Part shown: piece after piece, positions 1 to 9,736 of the stretch
How the letters are laid out: the number at the start of each line of letters is the position of its first letter
How positions within the stretch are numbered: the stretch's first letter is position 1
Source: an uncultured Acidobacteriota bacterium
GTDB taxonomy: Bacteria; Acidobacteriota; UBA6911; RPQK01; JAPXNP01
Direction of reading: 5' to 3'
Length of the DNA: 64,000 bases
Assembly: GCA_963723965.1 (NCBI GenBank)
Contig: CAVRSV010000020.1
Span: 10,286 to 74,285 of the forward strand
Notes under the pieces: model-generated
What the model was told of the DNA's origin: nothing
Database searches by the model: none
What the model saw: the letters and a program-made list of their open reading frames with translations, nothing else
Translations under genes and position numbers: made by a program

Positions 1-65
1 GAGCCGAATTGCTTCTTCTCGAACCGAAACTAGGCAGAACCTCCTGGAATCCCGGCACCCATTGG

Positions 66-761
66 TTACTTCTCAGGCCCGTAGGTATCTTGGGACATCG
101 GATCGGCCATTGCCCCAAAGAGGAGACGAAGCGTCTTCATTGAAACGGTAGGCGCGCGCAGGAGTTCGTCGGCCAGACGATTACCTTCTGCGGTTCCCTG
201 GTCGCCCGCTGCAACTGCTGCCGAGGCCAGACGATGCAGCCCGTCCGGGCGAAGTTCCACGAGTGCGACTCCAATTTCTCCCGCGGAAATATGGCCAGCG
301 ATCACAAACCGGAGGTGCCCCGCGACGGGTGGAAGCGTACGGTACGGTTCGCTGAACTCCCCAATGTAACGAAACCCTTCTGGAGTCCGAAGAAATGCTT
401 CGAAAGCGTGACCGCCCGTGCCCGAGTTCCGATCATCGGCGATGAGCAAATCGGGGATGCCGTCCTGATCCAGATCCCGTTCGCTGGTGAACCACCTCGG
501 CTGGCCGGGGAGGTTTCTGGCGATCCAGTCCTTTATCTGAGCGAGAGTTGCCGTGCCTTTCCGAAACTCCTTCGGGCTCCTCGAGACCTTCTGATTGAGA
601 TCATGTGCCGCCTCCGGAGGCCCGTGACGATCGGTGACGGTCTGTTCTGCCGCTGAAGAACCGGCGACAAAGCCGGACGCGCCCAGCCCAGTGAGGAACA
701 CAGCGAGAACCGCGGCGCACCTTCCTCCAAGTCGACAGGCCTTTGTGTAAAGAGGCGTCAT
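66..761 (-). CDS. hypothetical exported protein
   Basis: 231-aa ORF with a hydrophobic N-terminal segment (CAAVLAVFLTGLGASGFVAG). It has an Asp-rich loop DLDQDGIPDLL of the FG-GAP/VCBS calcium-binding type. No family recognised. Confidence 0.45.
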   Translation of the reverse strand: MTPLYTKACRLGGRCAAVLAVFLTGLGASGFVAGSSAAEQTVTDRHGPPEAAHDLNQKVSRSPKEFRKGTATLAQIKDWIARNLPGQPRWFTSERDLDQDGIPDLLIADDRNSGTGGHAFEAFLRTPEGFRYIGEFSEPYRTLPPVAGHLRFVIAGHISAGEIGVALVELRPDGLHRLASAAVAAGDQGTAEGNRLADELLRAPTVSMKTLRLLFGAMADPMSQDTYGPEK

Positions 762-1055
762 CTCTTTCCCGAAGCAAGACTTAGGTATTTCATTCTAGCC
801 GAGTGCTGCAAACGGACCCAAGCTTTGATTTCAATCTCCTCTGAAGGTTTCTCATGGCCGAGAAGTCAGCGATGAGGGGTTCGTACAGCATCGGTCCTTG
901 ACCATGGACTCGCTTCGGATTTGAAGAGTGAATCTACCATGGAGCTTGAGTTTCCCGCCTCCCCAGGGCTCTTTCTAGGTAGAGGGCAGGAGAACAAAGC
1001 CTTCGTCCCCGGTTCGGTTCGCCGGATCGGGGACATTGCCCTCTTGGCTGAGCTC

Positions 1056-1427
1056 ATGACGGGAAGACTTCGATTGGTGATGGTTCCGGACAGGATTAAG
1101 GATGCCGTTCCCGAAGGGTTTCGGGAGAAGCGGGCCGCTCAGTTTGTGGGTGTTGGGATCCATCTGTTTCGACGGCTCGTCAGGGACGGTCGGATCGTTC
1201 CTCGGCTTTTGGGCAAGACCCGGATCTACCTCCGGTCAGATCTCGAAGGGTTCCTGCGCGCCTTGCCGGTCGATCGGAACGCACAATTGACACCGACCCG
1301 CATTGATCGGGATTCTGAACTGGGGCGCGGTCGGTCTGCACAGTTGCCCGGCGATCCGGAAGCGCTTAAGATGCGGTCTCAAGACCCGGCTAGACTCCAC
1401 CGAAAGGAGGACTCCCTTGGGCATTAA
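1056..1427 (+). CDS. excisionase/AlpA-like helix-turn-helix protein (Xis-like)
   Basis: ATG at 1056 inside ORF 921..1427. The core FVGVGIHLFRRLVRDGRIVPRLLGKTRIYLRSDLEGFL resembles excisionase-type HTH domains. It lies directly upstream of an integrase remnant. The 3-prime part of the ORF reads through the integrase start, so the true stop is uncertain. Confidence 0.5.
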   Translation: MTGRLRLVMVPDRIKDAVPEGFREKRAAQFVGVGIHLFRRLVRDGRIVPRLLGKTRIYLRSDLEGFLRALPVDRNAQLTPTRIDRDSELGRGRSAQLPGDPEALKMRSQDPARLHRKEDSLGH

Positions 1428-1901
1428 GCAACTCCCTAACGGGTCTTGGGAGATTCTCCCATCTCAAAGAGAAAGCGCCGGGGCCTCAGTGCCGCCACGA
1501 TCAACAAGGAACTGGCAGTACTCAAGCACCTGCTGAGCTGGGCGATCGATCAGGAGCTCATCTTCCGCAATCCGATTCCGCGCCTGCGCAAGCTCCACGA
1601 ACGGCACAAGCCCGCGATCGCAGATCGGCATCTGTCGATTCTCGAGAAGGCCATTCAGGAGACCCTGGCGCACCTCCGGCCGGAGTGTGAACCGGTGTTT
1701 CGCTTTCTCTATGAAACGGGTTGCCGGCGGGAAGAGGCGCTCTCTTTGAAGCACGAACAGGTTTTCCTCGAGGATCACCTGGTCGTGCTGCCGAAGACCA
1801 AAGCCGGAGAGCTCCGCTACGTCGCGCTGACACAGCCTGCGAGCGAGGCCATCCGCCGGATGCCGAAGGTTGGCGAGGATCTCGAAGAAGGGGCCGCATG
1901 A
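1417..1901 (+). pseudogene. tyrosine recombinase (phage-type integrase) remnant 1
   Basis: An AAGGAGG ribosome-binding site precedes a TTG start at 1417 giving (M)GIKQLPNGSWEI. The frame then changes. The second frame encodes KRKRRGLSAATINKELAVLKHLLSWAI...ETGCRREEALSL...LPKTKAGELRYVAL, i.e. the end of the SAM-like domain plus the first Arg and the Lys of the catalytic domain. The HxxR and Tyr parts are absent. The N-terminal domain is deleted relative to the paralogue at 40209. Confidence 0.7.
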
Positions 1902-1976
1902 CGGCTCCGCAGGACACAAACAGGAAAGACGGGTTGGGTCGCCGATTCCGCTCTCGCCGTAAGCCATTGAAAAGAA

Positions 1977-2053
<77 letters not shown>

Positions 2054-2105
2054 ACCCTTTGAGAATTGCGAGTGTAGCAGAATCCGCCTTCGATGCGAAA
2101 GGACG

Positions 2106-2150
2106 GTTCGTTCCAAGTTCCAGGTTCCAAGTTCCCAGTTCCAGGTTCCA
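2106..2150. repeat. short tandem GTTCC(A/C)(A/G)-type repeat
   Basis: The sequence gttcgttccaagttccaggttccaagttcccagttccaggttcc lies directly upstream of the tRNA-Arg 5-prime end. It belongs to a GGAAC/GTTCC-rich repeat family seen again at 43.3-44.5 and 48.4 kb. Confidence 0.8.
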
Positions 2151-2429
2151 CGCTCGCTTCTTCAAACGGTGACGTCCCGGACTTCGGAAATCCGACGGCC
2201 TCCCGCGTCTCCGGACGGCACCTGCGGAGGTGACGCCTTCCGCAGAACGCAGGCTCCCGCAGTCCAGGGCGGCTTGGCCGCGGACGCAGCTGCTCCCGGT
2301 CTCGCGCCCTCCGGTTCTCACGTTCTCCTCTTGCCACCCCGCCGAAGACAAGCAGGATGCATGTCACGCCCTCCCGATTTCCGAAGCCAGGATTGCCTTA
2401 TATCCCTATCCGCTAGTATGGTTAGCCAT

Positions 2430-2675
2430 ATGAAAACGACCGTACAGATTCCAGACAGCCTGATGAAGGAGATCCGACAACTGGCGCACGAGGAGCGGAC
2501 CACCCTCAAGGAGCTGATGGAGGAAGGGCTGCGTCACGTCGTCTCGGAGCATCGCCAGCGGGGCAAGTTCAAGTTGCGGAAGGCCTCCTTCAAGGGGAAC
2601 GGACTGCAGCCGCAGGTGGAGGGCGTGGCCTGGAGCAGAGTCCGCGATCTCGGGCAGGAGGGAAGGGGAGCATGA
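2430..2675 (+). CDS. vapB: type II antitoxin, VapB-like
   Basis: MKTTVQIPDSLMKEIRQLAHEERTTLKELMEEGLRHVV is a typical small antitoxin N-terminus. Its stop overlaps the start of the downstream PIN gene (ATGA at 2672). An alternative ATG lies at 2418. Confidence 0.7.
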   Translation: MKTTVQIPDSLMKEIRQLAHEERTTLKELMEEGLRHVVSEHRQRGKFKLRKASFKGNGLQPQVEGVAWSRVRDLGQEGRGA

Positions 2676-3106
2676 TCGCCGTCGACACGAACGTGCTGGT
2701 CTACGCCCATCGGGAGGACTCTTCCTGGCATACTGCGGCCTACTCCCGAGTGCGGGAGCTGGCCGAGGGACGATCGCCCTGGGGAATTCCATGGCCCTGC
2801 ATCCATGAGTTCCTGGCGATCGCGACCCATCCCGGCATCTACGATCCGCCGACGCCGCTCGACCAGGCCATCGACCAGGTGCACGCCTGGCTCGAGTCAC
2901 CGAGCCTGGTGCTGCTTGGCGAGACGGAGAACCACTGGATGCACCTGCGGACGTTCCTGGTGATCGGGCAGATCGCGGGCCCCCTGGTCCAGGATGCCCG
3001 CATCGCCGCGATTTGCAGGGCCCACGGGGTCACCGAGGTCTGGACGGCCGACCGGGACTTCAGTCGTTTCCCGGGACTCAAGTCGCGGAATCCGCTGGTC
3101 GGTTGA
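2672..3106 (+). CDS. vapC: PIN-domain ribonuclease toxin VapC
   Basis: 144 aa. MIAVDTNVLVY..., the internal acidic residues and the C-terminal TADRDFSRF match the PIN/VapC pattern. Translationally coupled to the antitoxin. Confidence 0.85.
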   Translation: MIAVDTNVLVYAHREDSSWHTAAYSRVRELAEGRSPWGIPWPCIHEFLAIATHPGIYDPPTPLDQAIDQVHAWLESPSLVLLGETENHWMHLRTFLVIGQIAGPLVQDARIAAICRAHGVTEVWTADRDFSRFPGLKSRNPLVG

Positions 3107-3114
3107 GCGGTCGC

Positions 3115-3732
3115 TCAGCGGATGTCGAGGCCGTTCCGAATGATCAGGACCCGCAGTGCGACGCGCGCAGACCCGTCGAGCTGCTCCCACATCGAAACGC
3201 AGCCGGCCAGGGTGCCGCTGTGAATCATGCGTCCCACCACGGGAGCATGCGCCCTGGGGATGAATCCGATCTGGCTTCTCCCTTCGCGGTCCCAGACCCC
3301 GATCGCGCCGGGATCGTTGGGATTGTACGGTTCAGGGATGAGCGAAAGGGTCTGGCCCGGCGCGAACGCAGCGGATTGGAGGGCCACTTTGCGGAATTGG
3401 GTCCCGGAGACCGGGACGGACAGGAGCCCGTCGGGAAGCGCCTCCCAGTGAAAGCGCTGTTGGTCGGCGGTGCGGACGACGCAGATCCCACGCCCGACGG
3501 CTTCCTCTTCACCGGACGGCTCCGACCACTCCAAGCGGTAGTCCGAAGGGGGGCGTTCGGGCAAGGCGTAGTCGACGCAGGCCGAGACACTCCTCGAGCT
3601 GCCGAGCAACTTTGCTGTAACGAATCCCCCGGTGGCCAGTAGCCCGATCACGATCAGACCGACGACCGCAACCTCTCCATACTCCATGGTGGACGGTCCG
3701 CCTCCCCCGTTCTGATTCGCGAATTCTTTCAC
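3115..3732 (-). CDS. membrane-anchored HIRAN-domain protein
   Basis: The N-terminal TM helix is VAVVGLIVIGLLATGGFV. The C-terminal PEPYNPNDPGAIGVWDREGRSQIGFIPRAHAPVVGRMIHSG matches the HIRAN motif (NP.D..AI.V....G..IG.IPR). Confidence 0.6.
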   Translation of the reverse strand: MKEFANQNGGGGPSTMEYGEVAVVGLIVIGLLATGGFVTAKLLGSSRSVSACVDYALPERPPSDYRLEWSEPSGEEEAVGRGICVVRTADQQRFHWEALPDGLLSVPVSGTQFRKVALQSAAFAPGQTLSLIPEPYNPNDPGAIGVWDREGRSQIGFIPRAHAPVVGRMIHSGTLAGCVSMWEQLDGSARVALRVLIIRNGLDIR

Positions 3733-4041
3733 GCATGTCGGTACCCGTCAAGGCGGATGTTGATTACTTCGGCCGCCATGACGGGCTTGGCTGACCATGG
3801 GGAGGGGGTGACTTACAGGAGCCGAGAGATGCTCCGGGAGTCGAAGACTCCCTGCCAAGAGTCCTTCCACTCGGGAGCCGGCTTAACCGAAGCGGATGGA
3901 TCCCGGCCGTTTGCGGTCGAGCGGGCTGCGATTCTATGCCATAGCCCGTTCGTACCTTCGCCTATTGGCGACTCAGGAAGTATTGGGAACCCGGCCTTCA
4001 TGAGGGGGCCCGCGCAAGCGCCACGGGCCCCCTCATGCAAG

Positions 4042-7000
4042 TCACTTGTAGTACCGGTTCGGTGCACCGGGCGTCGGCACGTCCCCGGCGACCTGCGCCC
4101 CGGCGGCATGCGCCTTGGTCAACGCGGTGGTCAGGGTGATGCCGGAGCCGGAGACTTCCGCGCCGGCTGCGTGCGCATAGCTGAGCGGCGCCGCCACGGT
4201 GAGAGTGGCGGGTCGACCGGGTCGGCCACGGAAACCGGCCGGGAAGCCGAACTGGGTGGAGACGACGACGGCTGTCTCGAAATTCCTGCCACTGCCGATG
4301 TAAATCGTCTGGCCGTCGCTGAAACCTGCCACGCTTTCGACGGTGATGACCGTCTCACCCACAGCGGCGGCCTTGCCCACCGCGGTGCCGCCTGAGGTGC
4401 CCACCATCGAGATCACGGCGGTCTCGAGGTTCCCGCCCGTGTCGATCCGAATCGTCTGGCCGGCCTCAAAGCCCTCCACGCCGGCGACCTTGATGTTGGC
4501 CGTGCCGGCGATCGAATCGGCCGCCAGGGTGGTGGCCGGCTGCACGAGGAAATCGGTGCAGTTGCTGTCGGTGTCGAAGCCGTCCGGGAAGCGTCCCGCG
4601 CTCCGGTCGGTCGCCGCGGGAGTCGCAGTCGACCACCAGAAGCGTCTGGCCTCGACGGGCGCCGTCACGCTGCAGCCGTCTTCCCCCGTCCCGGAGGCAC
4701 CCTGGTAGCCTTCGGCGGCCCAAGGGTCGACCAGGAGGCCGTAGTTGAGGCTGTCGACGACCAGGCCGGCGGCGTCACGCAGCACCATGCTGCCGGCGTC
4801 GACGGTCCGCTGGGGTCGCGCTTGATCCGGGGTGGAGAACTCCGGGCCTCCAAACCACTGGTCGGGCGCCGGTGTCCCCTGGTATCCCGCGGTCGAGACC
4901 TGGGGGTCCCGCACCACCGCGTTGACCCCGTGATCCCTGGACAGGGGGCTGTCGAGGGTGATGCCGGTACCGAGCGCCTGGACGGGCTCGTTGCTCGAGT
5001 GAGCGAAGGCCGTTGCCGGTTCGAAACTGATTCCCGTCCCCTGGACACTGAAGGGCATGTTCGACGCATGGTCGAACTTCAACGGTGCGGTCAGTTCGAG
5101 ACCGGTTCCTGCATTCTCCGAAGCCGTCAAGGGTCCGCGGAAGGTACTGCGCTCCGAGGCCGTCCCGACTTGTTTGACCGTGACGGTTTCGATCCCGTGT
5201 CCCACGCTGTCGATGTCCAGCCGGATCTTGTCGCCGGGTGAGATGTTTTCGACGGAGGACACCTTGATATTTGTGTCGCCGGCTTTCGCATCGGCCGACA
5301 ACCACGCCTGCGTGCCCGCCTTGCCGACCGCGGTGACCGTGGCCACTTCGTACTGCTCGATGGCTTTGGCCACGGTGGGGTAGGTGGCACCGTAGCCGAG
5401 GGCGATCTTCTGGCCCACTTCGAAGCCTTCGGCGCTCGTGACCGGGACATTGGTCGAGCCGGCGGGGATCGTGATCACCGGACCCTCGGGAAGAGGCTGC
5501 CACAGCGTCGTCGGGCTGCTGGCCGCTGTCCCGACGCTGACGATCTTGTGGGTCTCCGCATCGGAGCCCGTGCCGATCTGGATCGTATTCCCGACCTTCA
5601 TGTCAGCCGTGCTCCGGACGTAGATGCTCGCATCGCCCGCGCGCGCCGGGGCCGCCAGACCGGAATTGGAGAGGCCAAAGAGATAGAAGCCGCCCGGCGC
5701 GAGCTTCGTCCCGGCCGGGACCTTCACTGTCGAGAAAATGGGCTGCTGGGTCGGGTGCTCGGTCAGCGTCCAATTGGAAATGTCGACGGCACTCGTGCCG
5801 GCATTGTAGAGCTCGATGAACGAGTCCGTCATGTTGCTCGGAGGACCGGAGGCGATGCGGAACTCGTTGATCTTGACCGGACTCGCGTTGCGCACCTTCT
5901 CGGTCGTCGTCTCGGATTGCGTCCGGCCGCTCGTGGAGTTCGTCCACGAAGCATGGCCGACGAGGTCGCCGTTGAAGGCCGCGGTGCCCGAGGTGACCTG
6001 GAAGAGCGCGCCCACGCTTCTTCCCGGCGCGACCGGACCGGCGATCGTCTGGGACGAGCTGGTGGTTCCTTTCACGACCGAAGTCCACCCCGTGGGAACG
6101 GAAATACTCAACCGGACGTCCGTCACGGGGGCCCCGGTCGTGTTCGTGAACGTCACGGCCGTGTCCTGGGAGGAACCCGGTGAGAACGTCTGGAGTCCGG
6201 GCGGAGCAGCCATGGCCGAAGCGGGCGTCAGGCTCAGCCGCTGCACGTCGTACCTGGCGGCCACGATGTTGGCCTGCACCAGCTGGTCGGTGGCATCCGA
6301 CGGGAAGGTGCCCGCGGCCGTCATCGCGCCCTCATAGTAAGTTCCCTGTGAGCCGACGCTGTTGTCCCCGCCGTTGCCCAGGAGGATGGCCCCCTGCTTG
6401 CGCATGGGGTCGTAGGTTTCATCGACGCGGGGTCCGTCGAACATGACCGCAAGGTCACCCCGCTGCGCGTCGCCCCCCATGGAGGTCCAGCGGTGCGGCT
6501 CACCCTTGGCGATGGCCGTCGCGAAGCGCCAGGCAATGTTCGGAAGTTGTACGCAGAGCTTGGAACCGTCCGGGTTGACGCAACCGACCAGGTTGTTCTC
6601 CTGGTCCGTCATGATCCACGGACCGGGAGGGTTTCCGTGATACCAGGCGGTGGCGTTGCCGTAATAGGTGGTCTCCATCGTTCCGTTGCCGTCGTCCCGG
6701 CTGTCGGTCTCGGCGTTACCGTAATCGAAGCAGCAGCCGTTGTTGTAGTGATGGCCGCTGATGACCCAGTACTGTCCCTCCGCCTGGTCGTCGACCGCGG
6801 TTCCCCTGGCGTCGTTCCAGCGCAAACCCATGCCCGGCTCGATGAAGACGCCGTAGACCTTGTGGCCCATGATCGTGACGGGGGCCATGTCGGCGACCGG
6901 GAGGTTGTTGAACCCGCCCATGGCCGGGCCGCTGAATCCCCCGCGGGGAGCCTGAACGAGGTCGTTACGCTTGGGGGATTGGTCGTAAATGATGCTGATC

Positions 7001-7326
7001 CAGCAGTACGTATTGGCGCAGAACGCGTCCTGCGCGGCTGCGTCGGCATACCCGCCCGCGTCCGGGACGGGCGACGAGCTGGGCTGGACGACGCCGATGT
7101 CCAGGGTCCTGCCGTCCGACTGGCGCAGGACCTGGTAGAGCGGGCCGTTGTAGGAAGCGTACAGCGCCCGAGTGGTGCTGTGGGCGGCCACGCAGGGGGC
7201 GCCGGCGGCGGCGTAGACATCACAAGGTCCTTCCGGCCTGGCAGGTTGTTGCGCCATCATCCACGTGGTGCTCAGCAAGGTGACCACCGGTATCAGCATT
7301 CGCTTACTTCTCGTTTTCATGTTCAT
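4042..7326 (-). CDS. secreted GH54-like alpha-L-arabinofuranosidase-B-type catalytic domain protein with a lamin-tail domain and C-terminal repeats
   Basis: The signal peptide is MKTRSKRMLIPVVTLLSTTWMMAQQ. GPCDVYAAAGAPCVAAHSTTRALY...IYDQSPKRNDL...CCFDYGNAETDSRDDGNGTMET matches the ArabFuran-catalytic (GH54) signature. INEFRIASGPP..SFIELYNAGTSAVDISNWTL is a lamin-tail domain. The start could be ATG 7326 or 7320; the AGAGGGG ribosome-binding site favours 7320. Confidence 0.8.
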   Translation of the reverse strand: MNMKTRSKRMLIPVVTLLSTTWMMAQQPARPEGPCDVYAAAGAPCVAAHSTTRALYASYNGPLYQVLRQSDGRTLDIGVVQPSSSPVPDAGGYADAAAQDAFCANTYCWISIIYDQSPKRNDLVQAPRGGFSGPAMGGFNNLPVADMAPVTIMGHKVYGVFIEPGMGLRWNDARGTAVDDQAEGQYWVISGHHYNNGCCFDYGNAETDSRDDGNGTMETTYYGNATAWYHGNPPGPWIMTDQENNLVGCVNPDGSKLCVQLPNIAWRFATAIAKGEPHRWTSMGGDAQRGDLAVMFDGPRVDETYDPMRKQGAILLGNGGDNSVGSQGTYYEGAMTAAGTFPSDATDQLVQANIVAARYDVQRLSLTPASAMAAPPGLQTFSPGSSQDTAVTFTNTTGAPVTDVRLSISVPTGWTSVVKGTTSSSQTIAGPVAPGRSVGALFQVTSGTAAFNGDLVGHASWTNSTSGRTQSETTTEKVRNASPVKINEFRIASGPPSNMTDSFIELYNAGTSAVDISNWTLTEHPTQQPIFSTVKVPAGTKLAPGGFYLFGLSNSGLAAPARAGDASIYVRSTADMKVGNTIQIGTGSDAETHKIVSVGTAASSPTTLWQPLPEGPVITIPAGSTNVPVTSAEGFEVGQKIALGYGATYPTVAKAIEQYEVATVTAVGKAGTQAWLSADAKAGDTNIKVSSVENISPGDKIRLDIDSVGHGIETVTVKQVGTASERSTFRGPLTASENAGTGLELTAPLKFDHASNMPFSVQGTGISFEPATAFAHSSNEPVQALGTGITLDSPLSRDHGVNAVVRDPQVSTAGYQGTPAPDQWFGGPEFSTPDQARPQRTVDAGSMVLRDAAGLVVDSLNYGLLVDPWAAEGYQGASGTGEDGCSVTAPVEARRFWWSTATPAATDRSAGRFPDGFDTDSNCTDFLVQPATTLAADSIAGTANIKVAGVEGFEAGQTIRIDTGGNLETAVISMVGTSGGTAVGKAAAVGETVITVESVAGFSDGQTIYIGSGRNFETAVVVSTQFGFPAGFRGRPGRPATLTVAAPLSYAHAAGAEVSGSGITLTTALTKAHAAGAQVAGDVPTPGAPNRYYK

Positions 7327-7831
7327 CCCCTCTTTACCCGTCCCAGGTTCATTGCGGCATCGCTCTCCGGCCTTGCCGACGCCGACGTTCAGACACATCT
7401 ACCGACATGGCACAGGTTAGGTCACGCGCCGGGTACAATCAAGGACCCATCGACGGCTCTCGAAGGTTTTCGCGCTCGCCTTCCGTTCGGCTTCGAGGGA
7501 GGGCAGGACGTGCCGGAAATGGTTCGAGGGGACAGCCAAGGCACCCCAACCAATGTCGGGAGCCGTCCGCTTCACGATGCAACCCGGGTCTTCTCACTGC
7601 CGGGTGATCCGAGAAGGGAAGCACTCCGCCGGCGTTCCCCGGGCAGTAGCTTCAGACCCCCCAGCGTCGGACGTGGACGTCGTGTCACGTCCCGTCCCCC
7701 TTGCGGCGCCGCCTTGTCTGGCGCGCCCAGCTTAAGATACTGTAGTTCCTCGGCCGCCCCGAAAACCGCGGCCGAGTCCCGGGGAAGCCCGTGAACTTCC
7801 ATGAGCACGAGGAGTTACGAAGGAGCGATCG

Positions 7832-8788
7832 ATGCGTAAATCTCTGCTGGTTCTCTGTTGTGTGGTTCTATTCGCGCCACTCTCGGCGCGGGCGGCGGAA
7901 CCCATTCGCGCCATGATTCTCACGGGCGAGCAGGGCGGACCCTACCACGCCTGGGGGCAAACCACGCCGTACCTGTGGAGGATGCTCGAAGAGACCGGTC
8001 TCTTCAGAGTCGATGTGGTCGTCGCGCCGCCGGCCGGCGGCGACTTTGCCAACTTCAAGCCCGTATGGGAGAACTACCAGGTCATCGTCTCCAACTACGA
8101 CGTTCCCGACGAACGCTGGTCCGACGAACTGAAGGCGTCGTTCGACGAGTACATGCGGAACGGCGGCGGCCTTGTCTCCTATCACGCCGCCGACAATGCC
8201 TTCCCGCACTGGAAGGAATACAACCTCATGATCGGCATCGGAGGCTGGCGCGGCCGCGACGAGACGTCCGGCCCCATGTGGTATTTCAAAGACGGTAAGT
8301 TGATCTCCGACGATAGCCCCGGACGCGCGGGCAGCCACGGAGCCCGCAAACTCATTAAGATGGTGAACCGCGCGCCGGAACACCCCATCATGAAGGGCCT
8401 GCCTGAAGTCTTCATGCATGTCGCCGACGAGCTCTATGCCACCCTCCGCGGCCCCGGCAAGAACATGGAGGTTCTCGCCACCGCCTGGTCCGATCCGTCA
8501 AACCGCGGCACCAATCACGATGAACCCCTGCTGATGGCGCTCCACTACGGCAAGGGCCGCATCTTCCACACCGCGCTTGGGCACGACCTGGCGGCGATGA
8601 ACTGTGTGGCTTTCATCACGACGCTGCAACGCGGCACCGAATGGGCCGCCACCGGCGAGGTGACGCAGAAAGTGCCGGAGGATTTTCCCACGGCCGACAA
8701 GACCAGTACGCGCCAGGCATACGAGCCCCCTCCGGGCTGGGTCTCACCCACCGGAAGACCCGGTCCGCCGACCAGGCCGTCGCAGTAG
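7832..8788 (+). CDS. ThuA-domain protein (trehalose-utilisation-like), secreted
   Basis: 318 aa with signal peptide MRKSLLVLCCVVLFAPLSARA. The motifs GGLVSYHAADNAF and GRIFHTALGH are typical of the ThuA family. Confidence 0.8.
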   Translation: MRKSLLVLCCVVLFAPLSARAAEPIRAMILTGEQGGPYHAWGQTTPYLWRMLEETGLFRVDVVVAPPAGGDFANFKPVWENYQVIVSNYDVPDERWSDELKASFDEYMRNGGGLVSYHAADNAFPHWKEYNLMIGIGGWRGRDETSGPMWYFKDGKLISDDSPGRAGSHGARKLIKMVNRAPEHPIMKGLPEVFMHVADELYATLRGPGKNMEVLATAWSDPSNRGTNHDEPLLMALHYGKGRIFHTALGHDLAAMNCVAFITTLQRGTEWAATGEVTQKVPEDFPTADKTSTRQAYEPPPGWVSPTGRPGPPTRPSQ

Positions 8789-8823
8789 CGGCAGCGGCGC
8801 AGGCCGGCCGCAACCCCGGAATC

Positions 8824-9579
8824 ATGGACATCTGGAAATTCTACGACATCACTCACCGTGAACATGTGGTCTGCAATCCTACGAGCGAGGAGAAACTGGC
8901 GCGGCTCGTGGAGCTTCTGCGCCTTCCGACGGACGCGCAGGTGGTCGACATCGCCTGTGGAAAGGGCGAGTTCCTCATTCGCCTGGCGGAAGCCTATGGC
9001 GCTCGTGGCATGGGCATCGACATTTCTCCTTTCTTCATCGCCGATGCAGAGCGAAGGCTCAAGGCGCGGGCACCAAGTGCCGGCATCACCTTCATCCAGA
9101 TGAATGGGGCGGATTTCAAGCCGGACGAGCCGCACAGCCTGGATCTGGCGTCATGTATCGGCGCCAGTTGGATCTTCGGGGGGCATGCCAGGACTCTCGA
9201 AGCTCTCAACAGCATGGTGAAGCCCGGCGGCTGGGTGATCGTGGGAGAGCCATTCTGGCAGCAGGAGCCGTCAGGGGATTACCTGGAGGAATCCGGGTGC
9301 GCGCGCGAGGACTTCGGGAGCCACTCTTCGAATGCAGAAGCCGGAGAGCGGCGAGGAACGGAGCTCGTTCACACCCTCGTGAGCAGCGAGGACGACTGGG
9401 ACAGGTATGAGGGCCTCCAATGGTTCGCGACAGCCGAGTACGCTCGCGCCCATCCAGACGATCCGGACTTGGCGGAGGTGGTGGAGCGCGTGAGCAAGGC
9501 GAAGGCGGCATACCTGCGCTGGGGGCGCGACACGCTGGGTTGGGCGATCTACATGTTCAGATCGCGCTCTACGGCCTGA
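8824..9579 (+). CDS. class I SAM-dependent methyltransferase
   Basis: ATG at 8824 within ORF 8641..9579. Motif I is VVDIACGKGEF and post-I is GMGIDIS. MVKPGGWVIVGEP is also present. Confidence 0.8.
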   Translation: MDIWKFYDITHREHVVCNPTSEEKLARLVELLRLPTDAQVVDIACGKGEFLIRLAEAYGARGMGIDISPFFIADAERRLKARAPSAGITFIQMNGADFKPDEPHSLDLASCIGASWIFGGHARTLEALNSMVKPGGWVIVGEPFWQQEPSGDYLEESGCAREDFGSHSSNAEAGERRGTELVHTLVSSEDDWDRYEGLQWFATAEYARAHPDDPDLAEVVERVSKAKAAYLRWGRDTLGWAIYMFRSRSTA

Positions 9580-9736
9580 CAAGGAAAAACAGCTCGAAAG
9601 CGCCCATCCCTGGATGCGAGGGCGCAGGACCCGCCGTTTTCAGTCACCTGAACAGCCTCGCCACCCTTCGAGGGCATCTTCCAGATCTCCTGCCTGCCGG
9701 TCCGGGTGGATCCGAAAAATCCCCTGTCTCTCATCG

